A stretch of DNA of 63,735 nucleotides, counting the filler, from Licmophora abbreviata (lineage: Eukaryota): assembly GCA_900291995.1 (NCBI GenBank). It is 30 parts of 30 records of this genome, joined end to end, with 100 filler letters (N's around TTAATTAATTAA, not from the genome) between each part and the next. Parts side by side here need not be neighbours in the genome. Positions count along the whole stretch, not along the records: positions 1 to 3,244 come from OLMU01006391.1; positions 3,345 to 4,820 come from OLMU01006392.1; positions 4,921 to 6,669 come from OLMU01006393.1; positions 6,770 to 9,974 come from OLMU01006394.1; positions 10,075 to 11,766 come from OLMU01006395.1; 25 more parts are not named here. One strand, 5' to 3'. Positions 1 to 10,441 of the stretch are shown here, piece by piece. Numbering within the stretch: position 1 is the first letter of the stretch; each line of letters begins with the position of its first letter. A program made the position numbers and the translations under genes. The notes beneath the pieces were generated by a model. The model worked only from the letters and a program-made list of their open reading frames with translations. It was not told where the DNA came from and made no database searches.

Positions 1-174
1 CTGGACCCGAAGCATCTTATCACTACGCCGTTGATAGGCGAAGCGCCGGTTGATTCCACATAGGAGAGATAACGATCAGACGGGGCTGCACCACAAGTGA
101 TGTGCCAACACGTGGAAGGTTCTCTATTCCTATGCTTCCTCGTAGGTAGAAAGTTGACCAGTGCAGTGGCACTC

Positions 175-3100
175 CTAGTTATGGTCATTAATACTAGGTG
201 AAAGGTGTCGCCGTTGTTGTCGTCGCCGTTGTTGTCGTCGCCGTGTTCTAGTAGTGGCCATGCTGTTCCGTCCGTTGAGCTGGACGCGTACCAGGGATGC
301 CAGCATTCGCAAGCTGTGTTGTTGATTCGGTGCGAGGCTGAGGGCGGTCTTAACTTCACGTCGAGCTTGCAGGCCGATAGATTCAAGTGTGTTGTTGCCA
401 TTGGGTATTATGCTCAAACGGGTCGTTTTGTCAGCGGTAAAGGTGTGATCATAGGCAAATAGGTCCAGCAAAGCATAGCTGTTGATGATTGTCCAGATCC
501 CACAGTCCAGTGCAGCCTGACAAGGTGTCGCTACATGAATCCATCTTGTCCTGCCTGGGGCATGATTCCATAGACTAGTACGTCGGAGCAGACCTTTCGC
601 AAACTTCATGTCATTGGGTCTATTCAGAGAGTTCATGTAGAAGAAAGTGACACACCCTTCTGGGTCGTTTTGGGAGCTGGGATTCGGGGGTGGCGGTCCC
701 GTGCGAACCCGAATTATGGTAAACCAGTGTCCTGATGTAACAACAGGCCCTGAGAAAGACGGAATGACCAGTATTGGAGCTTGGGTCTTAGGTAGATTGG
801 GTCTCGTATTGCGGAGGAAGCGTGGAGTTAAAATTGACTCGTCATTGATGTTTCCATTCTGAAAGTGTTTCTGGTTGATGTCATCGTCCCAACCTCGTTC
901 ATGGAGGCATCGCAAGAAGTACGGATGCAAGAGATGTGCATGTACTGCTGTAAATCGGGGCTGTCGTATCACAATTTGAAGAAAGTCGGCCACGTGTTCT
1001 CCTCGTAGCATGAAGGTTGATTGGAGGAATTCGGCGGGAATGTGTCGTATCGACCGCTGGGTGGTTGGAGCATCTATTGGGGACTGGAGCTGGTTGGGGT
1101 TGGTGTCTCGTGTTGGCTGGTTTGGGTCAAGAGAGAGCAGGGGTAGGCGTCGACGCTTCTGAAGGGCAGAGGGTAAAGGGTCGATAGACGAGGTAGCAAG
1201 CGATTGCCGTTTTCTCTTCTTCCGGAGTAAAGCTGGCCTGGCTGTTTTGTCGTATCGCAGTATAAGGGAATTGCCGAAAGTAACAGTTCGTTGGGGAGTC
1301 GATAGCCTTGTGTCTTGAGCAGTACGGGCTGCAGTGAGGTTAACCAGTCTGTGTAGTTCCTGCTTTTGATGTCTCTGCTTACGGCTATTGTTGTTTGTTC
1401 GCCTTATCACTGGGCGATGTTGGATCGTGTTAACGATGACTTTACGCTGTTGTCGGAGCAAGTCGCGTTGCGTTGGGCGCGGCGCAAGGTGTCGGGCAAA
1501 TGTATTTGGGGTAGGCGTATCGCTGGGCACAGCTGGACAAGGAAGTATATCCTTGGTTTGGATTCGGACATCGTGAGTAGATAAGGCTTGGTTTGTTTTG
1601 GAGGCCGTGGTTGTTGGATCAGTCGTTGTTGTCGCAAGCGCAGCCGTAGTACGTAGCTTCGTCGAATTGTTCACACAGAGCCAGAGAGCGATGCATGCAT
1701 GGCATGGAGTGGTACTAGTATTCGTCGTTGTGGCCAGGCAGGTTGGGCATTGTAGGTTTGTCAAATGCAAACAGCTGGAGTTCCTCGATTGAAGGAGTCC
1801 GCAGGTGCTGCAAAGGTGCGGATTGCTGTCTGGGCAAAGGGCGGTCAGGTTGGCTTTGCTGGAAATGGCATGAGATAATGTGGGCTTGCACTGGCAGAGC
1901 ACTTGAGCATGTTGACATAGAGCAGAGGCGTTCATGACTGTCGGGAGGGGTGCAAGGCTGTCACAGCTTGTGTGAAGCAGCAACATTTCGGCTACTCGGA
2001 ACGCAGCGTGTCGTAGGTACTCGTTGAAGGCGTATCGTCCTTTGGTCATGTTAGGTGGCCACAGTTGATCGGTTGTGTCGTATTGGTTTGCAAGACGGGC
2101 AATGGCCCGGAGGCGTTGATCGGGTGGTAATGGGACAATGGTTTCGAGGAAGTGCATTCGTGTTGGGTAGGAATCGATGAGCTTTTGTTCGACAAAGGTT
2201 GCTCGTGCACTCTCTTTGCTAAAACGTGTACATTTATTGCAGCTTAGGGAGCCGACAGGGCGCATGCCGACAACGAGGCGTTGGGAACTGGCTTGGCGTA
2301 ATCGGCATCCTGTTGCTGTGCATTGCTCTGTCGGTCTGGTGGATTGTGGTGCATCCAGTGTCGTTATGCGATCAAGTGCAGGCAGGCGAAGGTCACTGTG
2401 TGATCTGGCATCTAGCCCGGGATGGTGGGAGCTCCGTGTGTTGTTGTTGTTCTCATTGTACCGGGCAATCACCTGCTGCCGATGCTGTGCCAGTACGTAT
2501 TGAATGACGCGTTGCAGTGCATCCGCTTTATAGATGCACCATGCAACGACCCTTTTCCAGGCTGTTTCCAGGTTGGTAGCCGCATGTTGTCGCTGTTTCG
2601 ATCGTGTCAATCTGCAGAGGGAGTGAATCCAAACAAAGTAGGCGTCAGGCAGAACCCCCATGTATGTCAGGTCAACTGCGGAGGCTTCCGCATCGATGAT
2701 TTTGCCATCGCCAGTAGATGGCAGTAGGTGTAATTTGGTGAGGGCGGTCCATCTTCGTTGATCCGGTTGCCGAGTTGCATCGTGGGAGATGATGGAGAGG
2801 TTCGTTAATCTGGGTGCTTTATGTCGGGAGTCGTGGCACATTTGCGCTGCAGATTCTACCTCAAGTGTCTGTAAGCGTCTTGTGAGGGCATGAAGGGAAC
2901 GTTGGGTCGCTATTCTGCTACCAAGTGCCAGTGTAATTTTGTCAATGAGGTCTTGTGCTGCGGCCTCGGAGGCGTCTAGTAGTCTTTCTCGTGCCGCCTC
3001 AATGTCCACTTGCGTGCAGAAGAGATGGTGATGTGGCATATTTCCTTTCGGGTTCTCCGCGGCGCAGGTCTTGTCTTGGTGACAGAGAGGGCATACCAGG

Positions 3101-3244
3101 TGTTGTGGCTGCATCTCCATCTCGGTGGCCATGATATCATCACATTTCTCCTGCGTTCCGTGGGGGGCCGCCATCATTGTCGCCATCGCTTGTATCCGTG
3201 TCAGTAGTATCCGTGGGTGGGGTGGGGTCGAACAATGAAACGAT
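175..3244 (-). CDS. 5'-truncated large protein (>1000 aa) with Cys/His clusters and a C-terminal Ulp1/SENP-like (clan CE, C48) cysteine protease; probably transposon-encoded
   Basis: Frame is open to the contig edge. Motifs ILVIP..SGHWFTI, FFYMNSL and PCQAALDCGIW match the H-(D/N)-Q-C order of Ulp1-like proteases. N-terminal CPLC..HHHLFC resembles a LINE C-terminal zinc knuckle. Confidence 0.65.
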
Positions 3245-3344
3245 NNNNNNNNNNNNNNNNNNNNNNNNNNNNNNNNNNNNNNNNNNNNTTAATTAATTAA
3301 NNNNNNNNNNNNNNNNNNNNNNNNNNNNNNNNNNNNNNNNNNNN
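3245..3344. other. Artificial contig linker N44-TTAATTAATTAA-N44 (first of 29; others start at 4821, 6670, 9975, 11767, 13326, 14996, 16617, 19794, 22905, 24031, 26083, 28244, 29362, 30685, 33679, 36666, 39653, 40904, 43690, 45102, 46508, 49158, 51746, 54310, 55652, 56972, 59526, 62067)
   Basis: Identical 100-nt spacer with a six-frame stop cassette between unrelated sequences. Confidence 0.99.
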
Positions 3345-3499
3345 GCTGGCGGTTCCGAAGCTTGCCTATCCTATCATGTGAAAGGGATGTGTAATTCGGA
3401 TTGCCGGCGGCGCGCCGATCACCGGGCCCATACCACAGAGGAGGACGCAGCACTCTTAGAGTGGTGCCGACAGTGGTATGTCCCTCCCCCCCCCTCTAG
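3345..3499 (+). CDS. gag: 3' end of Gag-like ORF1 of YR retrotransposon family A (CCCH-type zinc finger)
   Basis: Translates as ACLSYHVKGMCNSDCRRRADH..DAALLEWC, homologous to the end of ORF 31816-32667. Reaching TAG 3497-3499 needs one extra C in the C9 run at 3486-3494. Confidence 0.75.
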
Positions 3500-4820
3500 G
3501 AGGGAGGCGGGAGGGGGCAGGGCATTCTTGCTCTGCCGCCTCTGACGCCGCCCCCTGTACCAGCCTCACCATCGACACGCACCCAACCACGAAAACGAAA
3601 CCACGCATCGATGAAACAGGGCTCTCAGGAGGCCGAGATACCACTTAATTCTCTACGTAAGTACATGTTGCGAGACTCACAACTATTTTCTAGTCAAGGC
3701 TGGAAACGGTTTGTCCAGCAGCGTCAGGGGATCGGCGACATAGGGCGACTCGACATCGTCCATCCTGCCAAGCATCTCCTTCACCATCTCTCCACCAAGG
3801 GGGCACCAGTGCTCTTCACCACACCCCCCTGGGATCCACATCGAATACACGCAGCCGCCGTCCGCGGCCCCCATCAATCGGCCATTGAACACGAAGATTT
3901 CTTACGTCAAGAAATGGTCGACATGATACTACGACAACAATGGGTGGTGCTACCGTACGAATCGGTTAAGGCACTACCTGGGCTCCGACTTAGCCCTATC
4001 GGCGTCGTTCCGCAGCGAGATCGTCGCCCACGAACGATCGTTGATTACACCTTTCATGGTGTCAATGATGACACTGTACCCTTAGCTCCCGCCGAAGCCA
4101 TGCGTTTTGGTCAAGCTTTCCAACGCCTCCTGGTGGACATCGTCAACGCCGACCCTAGGCATGGCCCAGTCCACCTATGCAAAATCGACATTTCAGACGG
4201 TTTCTACCGGATCAAGCTGCGAGCTGAGGACGTCCCCAAGCTTGGAGTCAGTTTCCCGTCCGAGGTGGCCGGAGAACACATTATTGCCTTCCCCTTAGTC
4301 TTACCCATGGGGTGGGTCAGTTCCCCGCCGTATTTCTGTGCGGCTACGGAGACCGTGGCCGATATCACCAACCAACGCATTGAACGGGGATACCGTCCGT
4401 CACCCCATCCGTTAGATCGCCTAGCGGATACTTCACCCAGTGAACCTCACCCGTCTGTGGCACCGAACATTCCTACCACGGCGGTCCCGAGCCCTACTGA
4501 CCAACCCCAGGCCACTGCTCGGCGGCGTCGTCCACTTGGCCGGTTCGAAGTATACATCGACGATTTTTGTGGGATCGCGCAGGGTGGTAGTAAGCGCCGG
4601 CGGCGAGTCCGACGCACACTTTTTCACACCCTCGACCAGGTGTTTCGTCCCCTTGCCCCCGGCGACCCAGTCACTCGGCAAGAACCGATTTCCATAAGAA
4701 GCTACGCAAAGGAGACGGCTGTTGGGCTACCCGGAAAGTATTACTCGGATGGCTGGTTGACACGGTCGCGGGAACCCTGCAGCTCCCACCTCATCGAGTT
4801 GAGCGCCTGTGGGAGATCCT
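3500..4820 (+). mobile_element. pol: YR (DIRS-order) retrotransposon family A, reverse transcriptase, partial
   Basis: LSPIGVVPQ, RTIVD, KIDISDGFY, LPMGWVSSP and VYIDDF motifs; frameshift near 4695 relative to the intact copy at 59762-62056. Confidence 0.92.
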
Positions 4821-4920
4821 NNNNNNNNNNNNNNNNNNNNNNNNNNNNNNNNNNNNNNNNNNNNTTAATTAATTAANNNNNNNNNNNNNNNNNNNNNNNN
4901 NNNNNNNNNNNNNNNNNNNN

Positions 4921-5880
4921 AGCGGGCGCGGCCAAGGTGGAATTGTCTTCCCGCCGTCTCCGGAGGTACCACGCCGGCATCACCAACACACCGATACACC
5001 TTTCCTGTGGCGAGCCCCATTCCCAGGCGACATTACCGCCAAATTGGTCTCCTACACAAACCCCAAGGGCTCCATCACCAACTCGGATCTCGAGTTAGCG
5101 GCTACCGTCCTCCAACACGACCTCCTCTCCCAGCTGTACGATGTGCGCGAACGCACCGTGCACACCGCTACCGACAATACGCCTGCCTTCTACTGGCACC
5201 GGCGCGGCTCCATTTCGACCAATGCAGCTGCCGCCTATCTCCTCCGCCTCCAAGCCCTACACCAGCGATACCATCGCTACGTCCCGACTCTCTCCTACCT
5301 CCCTGGTCCCCTCAATGCTATGGCCGACGATGCTTCGCGGCTATGGCATCTTTCCGATTCAGAATTACTCACTCATTTTGATTCCCATTACCCACAGCTC
5401 CACCCGTGGCAGCTTTACCAGCACACCTCCGAGATGCTTTCTGCCACGATCTCCGCTCTGCGAAAAAGGCGGCCCGATCCGGAGTCGTTCCTTCTCGAGC
5501 CTCCGCCGCCGATTCCCACTGGCGGACGTGGACCAGCTTCTGTCAGTCCCTCCAGCTGGATCCTACCCTCTCGGAAATCGAAGATCCCAACACGCTCTTA
5601 CAAGTCTACATGCACCGCTACCGAACTGGCGCAATTGCCCCCCGTCACCAAGCTGTCCGAGCTCGAACAGTGGAGGACTCCCTACGGGCGGTCGGCCAAA
5701 CTTTTGCGTCCATGGGGGCCCGGGATCCACGCCTCAACTCTTTCGGCAAGATCGATTTCCGCCTCCAACGGCAGCTCGCCGGCTACAAGCGGCAAGACCC
5801 TCCACCGGACAGAGTCAAACCGATTCCACTCCAGATTATCCGGCACGTCCTCAGTACCGCCTTTGCCTCTTCATCAATAG
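4921..5880 (+). mobile_element. pol: YR retrotransposon family A, RNase H domain plus C-terminal extension overlapping the YR frame
   Basis: ITNSDLELAA, TDNTPA and NAMADDASR RNase H motifs. Confidence 0.9.
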
Positions 5881-6554
5881 GCAACCAAGCGGTCGCCGAC
5901 ATGATCGTGCTGGCTTTCTTTTTCCTCCTCCGGCCCGGGGAATACACCGGCGCCCCTTCCGATACAACCCCTTTCAAGCTCCAAGATGTACAGTTCTGGA
6001 TCGGCCGGCAACGCCACCAAGCGACAACCATCCCGGTTCCCGACCTGCCCCGTGTCACGTTCGCCACGCTCACCTTCACTACACAGAAGAACGGTGTGCG
6101 CAACGAAGTCATCGGTCTCGGTCGCAGCGGCGAGCCACTCCTGTGCCCCGTCCTTGCCCTCGCCCGTCGTGTCGCTCATCTGCGCCAATCCACAGCTCAT
6201 CTTGACACCCCACTGGCGACCTACTACGAACACGGTCGCCGCCATCCGGTCGCTCCGAAGGATATCACTGCAGCACTTCGTACAAGTACAACTGTTGTGG
6301 GACCCTCCGTGGGCTTCCTTCCGACCGACATTACTGCACGCTCCTTACGAGCCGGCGGCGCCATGGCACTTCTCTGCGCTGACGTCGATACCAGCCGCAT
6401 CCGCCTTGTAGGCCGCTGGCGCAGTGATGAAATGCTCCGGTACCTTCATGTCCAAGCTGAACCTCTCATGCGTGACTTCGCCCGACGCATGCTCCAAGGC
6501 GGCTCCTTCACTCTACTACCAAACCAACAGGTTCCTATTAATCCTGTTCTTTGA
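5398..6554 (+). CDS. Tyrosine recombinase of YR retrotransposon family A
   Basis: FFLLRPGEY, QKNG, RSLRAGGA and GRWRSDEMLRY motifs; first ATG is about 69 codons into the frame. Confidence 0.93.
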
Positions 6555-7421
6555 CTACATCAAACCATACTACAATACCAAAAAAAAAACACTACACAAA
6601 TCTCCCGCTGCTAGCGACACGCGCTGCAGCACCCACCCTCCCGAATACACTGGCCTACATCCAGCATGTNNNNNNNNNNNNNNNNNNNNNNNNNNNNNNN
6701 NNNNNNNNNNNNNTTAATTAATTAANNNNNNNNNNNNNNNNNNNNNNNNNNNNNNNNNNNNNNNNNNNNATCGGCCCCAGGGGGCTCACAGGCACGGCAC
6801 AGGCACGGTAGGCCCCCGATGGGCCCTCTATCGTTTGGCGCGCGCATGTTGTTATACCGTAGAATAGGGTTCGCACAGCATCACCCGATATGCAGTCCCG
6901 TAGGAAGTTTTGCGAAGGGCGATCCACCGCCGGAGACAATATCGAAAAGTATGAATCGTTGTAGAGGAAAAAACTGGCATTCGTGTCCGCTGAACACCGA
7001 ACATAAAATGCTTTTAGAGATTCTTCGTTGCTAAAGATAATTTTGGGTTCGTTTTGCGAGAAGGCGACACTTTCCTGATTTGATTCGATTTCACTAACAA
7101 AATGGTTGCTTTTGGAACGTTAAATGGCCGAACTTTTTATATAAGAGCGTTAAAAACCGTTAGAACAAAATGCGTCTGATGTGGGGGTGACTCCGAATCG
7201 AGACATCAATCCAACATAATGTGTCTGATTTCGGGGCTACACCCGAAGCGAGACATCAATATCCTACGCTAGCATTGACCACGCAATCGGCCCGTATTGT
7301 GCACAGTTAAGGAACGTCCCCAGATGCTCCGGCCGTTTCTGTTGTTTGCGGTGGACGGCGATGTAGTCGTCGTGGTGACAGCGTCATGCGAAGGAGAAGA
7401 ACCAGCACTAGCAGCAGCAAG

Positions 7422-7945
7422 GAGACTGAGGTCAGAGGTAGCGTTCATATCGAGTTGAGGAAGCTCGCCGTTGTTAATATTGCGAAGTGGAGACCGCTGA
7501 GAGTCACCGGGCACGTCAGTCGAACGCGTCTTCGCCATACCGTTGAATGACCGAGATCGTTTGAAACCGAAACGAGAAAATACACACAAAAAGTGAGAGC
7601 GAACAAATGAGATGCAAATTCCGTCGGGTCGTAGGAACTCGTAAAGTCACTACGACGTAGTGAAAATACGTGTGATCCTACAGGCGCAAGGAACCCGTGG
7701 AATTCCACACAAACAGTACAAAACAGAAAACCCTGTCGTGGAACCTGGTACGAAACGCACACGAATTGTGAATGCATCGCAAAACGATATTTCATTTCAT
7801 CACAATTTTTTTGCGAACGCAAAAACAACGCCGAGCACAACAAGGTAAAGTACAAACGATGATGCGTGTCCAAAGGAACGCGACGCTCCGCAAGACGTTC
7901 GTTGTGTGTCGCGCCTGCTTTCGGTGTTGTGATGATTAGCCCCAC
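7422..7945. repeat. Left arm of a long (about 0.5 kb) imperfect inverted repeat; partner at 9362-9834
   Basis: Reverse complement matches 9362-9834 with indels; both arms encode outward-facing MAKTRSTDVPG.SQRSPLRNINNGELPQLDMNATSDLSL. Confidence 0.95.
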
Positions 7946-8310
7946 CGTCGATCCTCGTAATGGCGTTCGTCCTCGTATGATGGTCCTCTCGTTTTTCTTG
8001 ACAAGCTCTTGTTCGCCTGTGCTTGTCCGTGCGTTCTGCTCGTTCGTTCGTTCGTTGTGTTCGCTGCTCCCTGCGCTTCATCCCACCAGCAAACACCAGA
8101 AGACAAATGCTTCTTGCCACCGTCGCGGCAGATCATCGGTTGCGACGAAGTCGTTGTGGTGGCCGCTTGTCATGTTTTTTGTCGCGCGTTGCCGTCAATC
8201 AGTTAGCTCGCCTTATTTTTTGTCATGACATTTTGTGTCGGATCCTGCGCAATGTTATGTACAGTGAATTTACGACGGTGTCCTATTTGACGATATTGCG
8301 TTTGTTATGT

Positions 8311-8556
8311 CTGAAAACGGGGTCCACCCCGAAATCAGCAACCAGACAGAGTTTCACCTTCAGGAATTGAGCGCAGTTTTGTCTGAAAACGGGGTTCACC
8401 CCAAAATCAGCAACTCATTCGATGCCTTCTGGCTCTGGGCTTGGGTTTTGTTGACTGAAAACGGGGTCAACCCCTTTTCCAGCAACTTTAGCGACATGTT
8501 TTTCCTGGGCTTGCGTTTTGTTGGCTGAAAACGGGGTCAACCCCGGATTCAGCAAC
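8311..8556. repeat. Four 32-bp palindromic repeats with 38-40 bp spacers
   Basis: CTGAAAACGGGGTnnACCCCnnnnnCAGCAAC at 8311, 8383, 8455 and 8525 (periods 72, 72, 70); two related inverted copies at about 7169-7210 and 7218-7260. Confidence 0.9.
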
Positions 8557-8630
8557 TGTATTGTTCCAACGACATTGGACTAACAGTACGTTGTTGTATT
8601 GTCTTTTGCTTGATCCAGCCACAGATCCAA

Positions 8631-9371
8631 ATGGTTGTGAAAACGAGAGGAGAGGGAACAAAACGCCCGACGGAGAAGAAAAAGACCAAGGCAAAGAACC
8701 TCGTTTCTCGTTCTAAAACGACAAGCGCGAAGAATGTACCGGTGGTATCCCCGGCCAGGTTGAGCGAAAGTAAGTCATATGTTGTTGTGTTTCCAGCGTT
8801 GGGTGTTGGTCAGAGTGCCCAGTTGTTCGTTGACGACAAGCAATGCGACGAGTACTGGGAGCAGCTTGAGGGGGTTGGTAAAACGCGACAATTGTTTGCG
8901 AATTTGGAAAGTGCGGTATGGGCGTTGAATCAGTACAACAGGCTTGCTGGAGTCCAACAGGCAACGTTGACATGTGACGCCAGCGACAACGAAGCTACGG
9001 GACCGGAAGTGCAGGACGTTTTGTATCCGAAGCATCCTGATACTCTGTCAAAAAAAGCATTGGAGGAAGAAGGGATTACTGTTGTGGACGAAGAAGTTTT
9101 GTTGGCAGAAGTGAAAGGCAAGCAAGTGGAAACGACAGCTGACAACATTGCGAAGCACGAAAAACACAATGATGAAATCTTTTTTGTCAGTGGATTTCTC
9201 TCCAATCTGTTTGTTCTTGGATCTGTTTTTGGTTGTTGCTGTGTGCTCTTCGTCACTCGATGCTGTCCGACTTCGTCGTGCCTTGAGTCTGCGATCAAAC
9301 CTTGCTTCCGTTTCTTGTTTTCGTTTGTGGTCCCTGTTTCGCTTGATCGTCCTGTAACGTTGTGGGGCTAA
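8631..9371 (+). CDS. Hypothetical protein; basic N-terminus, 3' part probably not coding
   Basis: ORF from ATG 8631; protein-like composition to about 9175, then T-rich low-complexity sequence. Confidence 0.4.
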   Translation: MVVKTRGEGTKRPTEKKKTKAKNLVSRSKTTSAKNVPVVSPARLSESKSYVVVFPALGVGQSAQLFVDDKQCDEYWEQLEGVGKTRQLFANLESAVWALNQYNRLAGVQQATLTCDASDNEATGPEVQDVLYPKHPDTLSKKALEEEGITVVDEEVLLAEVKGKQVETTADNIAKHEKHNDEIFFVSGFLSNLFVLGSVFGCCCVLFVTRCCPTSSCLESAIKPCFRFLFSFVVPVSLDRPVTLWG

Positions 9372-9834
9372 TCATCACAACACCGAAAGCAGGCGCGACA
9401 CACAACGAACGTCTTGCGGAGCGTCGCGTTCCTTTGGACACGCATCATCGTTTGTACTTTACCTTGTTGTGCTCGGCGTTGTTTTTGCGCTCGCAAAAAA
9501 TTGTGATGAAATGAAAAATCATTTTGCGATGCATTCACAATTCGTGTGCGTTTCGTACCAGGTTCCACGACAGGGTTTTCTGTTCTATTCTGTTTGTGTG
9601 TATTTTCACTACTCCGGAGTACGTCGTACTGACTTTACGAGTTCCTACCACCCGACGGAATTTGCATCTCATTTGTTTGCTCTCACTTTTTGTGTGTATC
9701 TTCGGTCATTCAATGGTATGGCGAAAACGCGTTCGACTGACGTGCCTGGTGTCTCTCAGCGGTCTCCACTTCGCAATATTAACAACGGCGAGCTTCCTCA
9801 ACTCGATATGAACGCTACTTCTGACCTCAGTCTC
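9362..9834. repeat. Right arm of the long inverted repeat
   Basis: Reverse complement of 7422-7945. Confidence 0.95.
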
Positions 9835-10093
9835 AACTCCCGTCGACGAAGAGAACTTTCATGGACTTCTCACCAAAACCATCGAAACCACTCCCCCCGA
9901 CACTGACATCGCCGAAACCGGTGGTTGTAAGAGTGCCGACAACGATGGCTTTGTTTACATGTTGCCGTTCCAAANNNNNNNNNNNNNNNNNNNNNNNNNN
10001 NNNNNNNNNNNNNNNNNNTTAATTAATTAANNNNNNNNNNNNNNNNNNNNNNNNNNNNNNNNNNNNNNNNNNNNTTCTTATTCGTCTCAACGA

Positions 10094-10441
10094 ATGGCAA
10101 AGACAAAGGACCCTGTCACTGAACTCATTGAGCAGCTCGAGCAGCTAAGAGTCCAAGAAGGCATCCTCCTCCGTCGTTTAGCCGCAGCTCGTGAAGCGGA
10201 AACCCGTGCATCGGTGACGTCGACCAGCGACAACTCCGCCCGTACCGGCGTTGAGTCATATCGCATTGGTGACACTGTCCGAGTCCTGAACGAGGTAAAG
10301 TACCCACTCTTCGGTCGCACAGTAACGGAACGCGATAGAGTCGGCACCGTGACCAAAGTAACGCCAAAGCGAGTTCACATTCGAACGCTGAGCGGGGTTA
10401 ACACCAACAGAGCACCCCAGAGCATTGCCCACCATGACTAG
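10094..10441 (+). CDS. Small ORF0 upstream of copia gag (coiled coil plus KOW/SH3-like barrel)
   Basis: 115 aa, conserved with 25686-26033; YRIGDTVRVL..VGTVTKVTPKRVHI. Confidence 0.8.
   Translation: MAKTKDPVTELIEQLEQLRVQEGILLRRLAAAREAETRASVTSTSDNSARTGVESYRIGDTVRVLNEVKYPLFGRTVTERDRVGTVTKVTPKRVHIRTLSGVNTNRAPQSIAHHD

Noticed and set aside
3245..3344. Recurrent TTAATTAATTAA palindrome
   Set aside because: Artificial linker inside N runs; ORFs ending in X..LIN are artefacts, and order across linkers is not biological.
8311..8556. Bona fide CRISPR array
   Set aside because: Repeats are degenerate, two spacers are partly homologous, no cas genes, eukaryotic context; kept only as an unexplained array.
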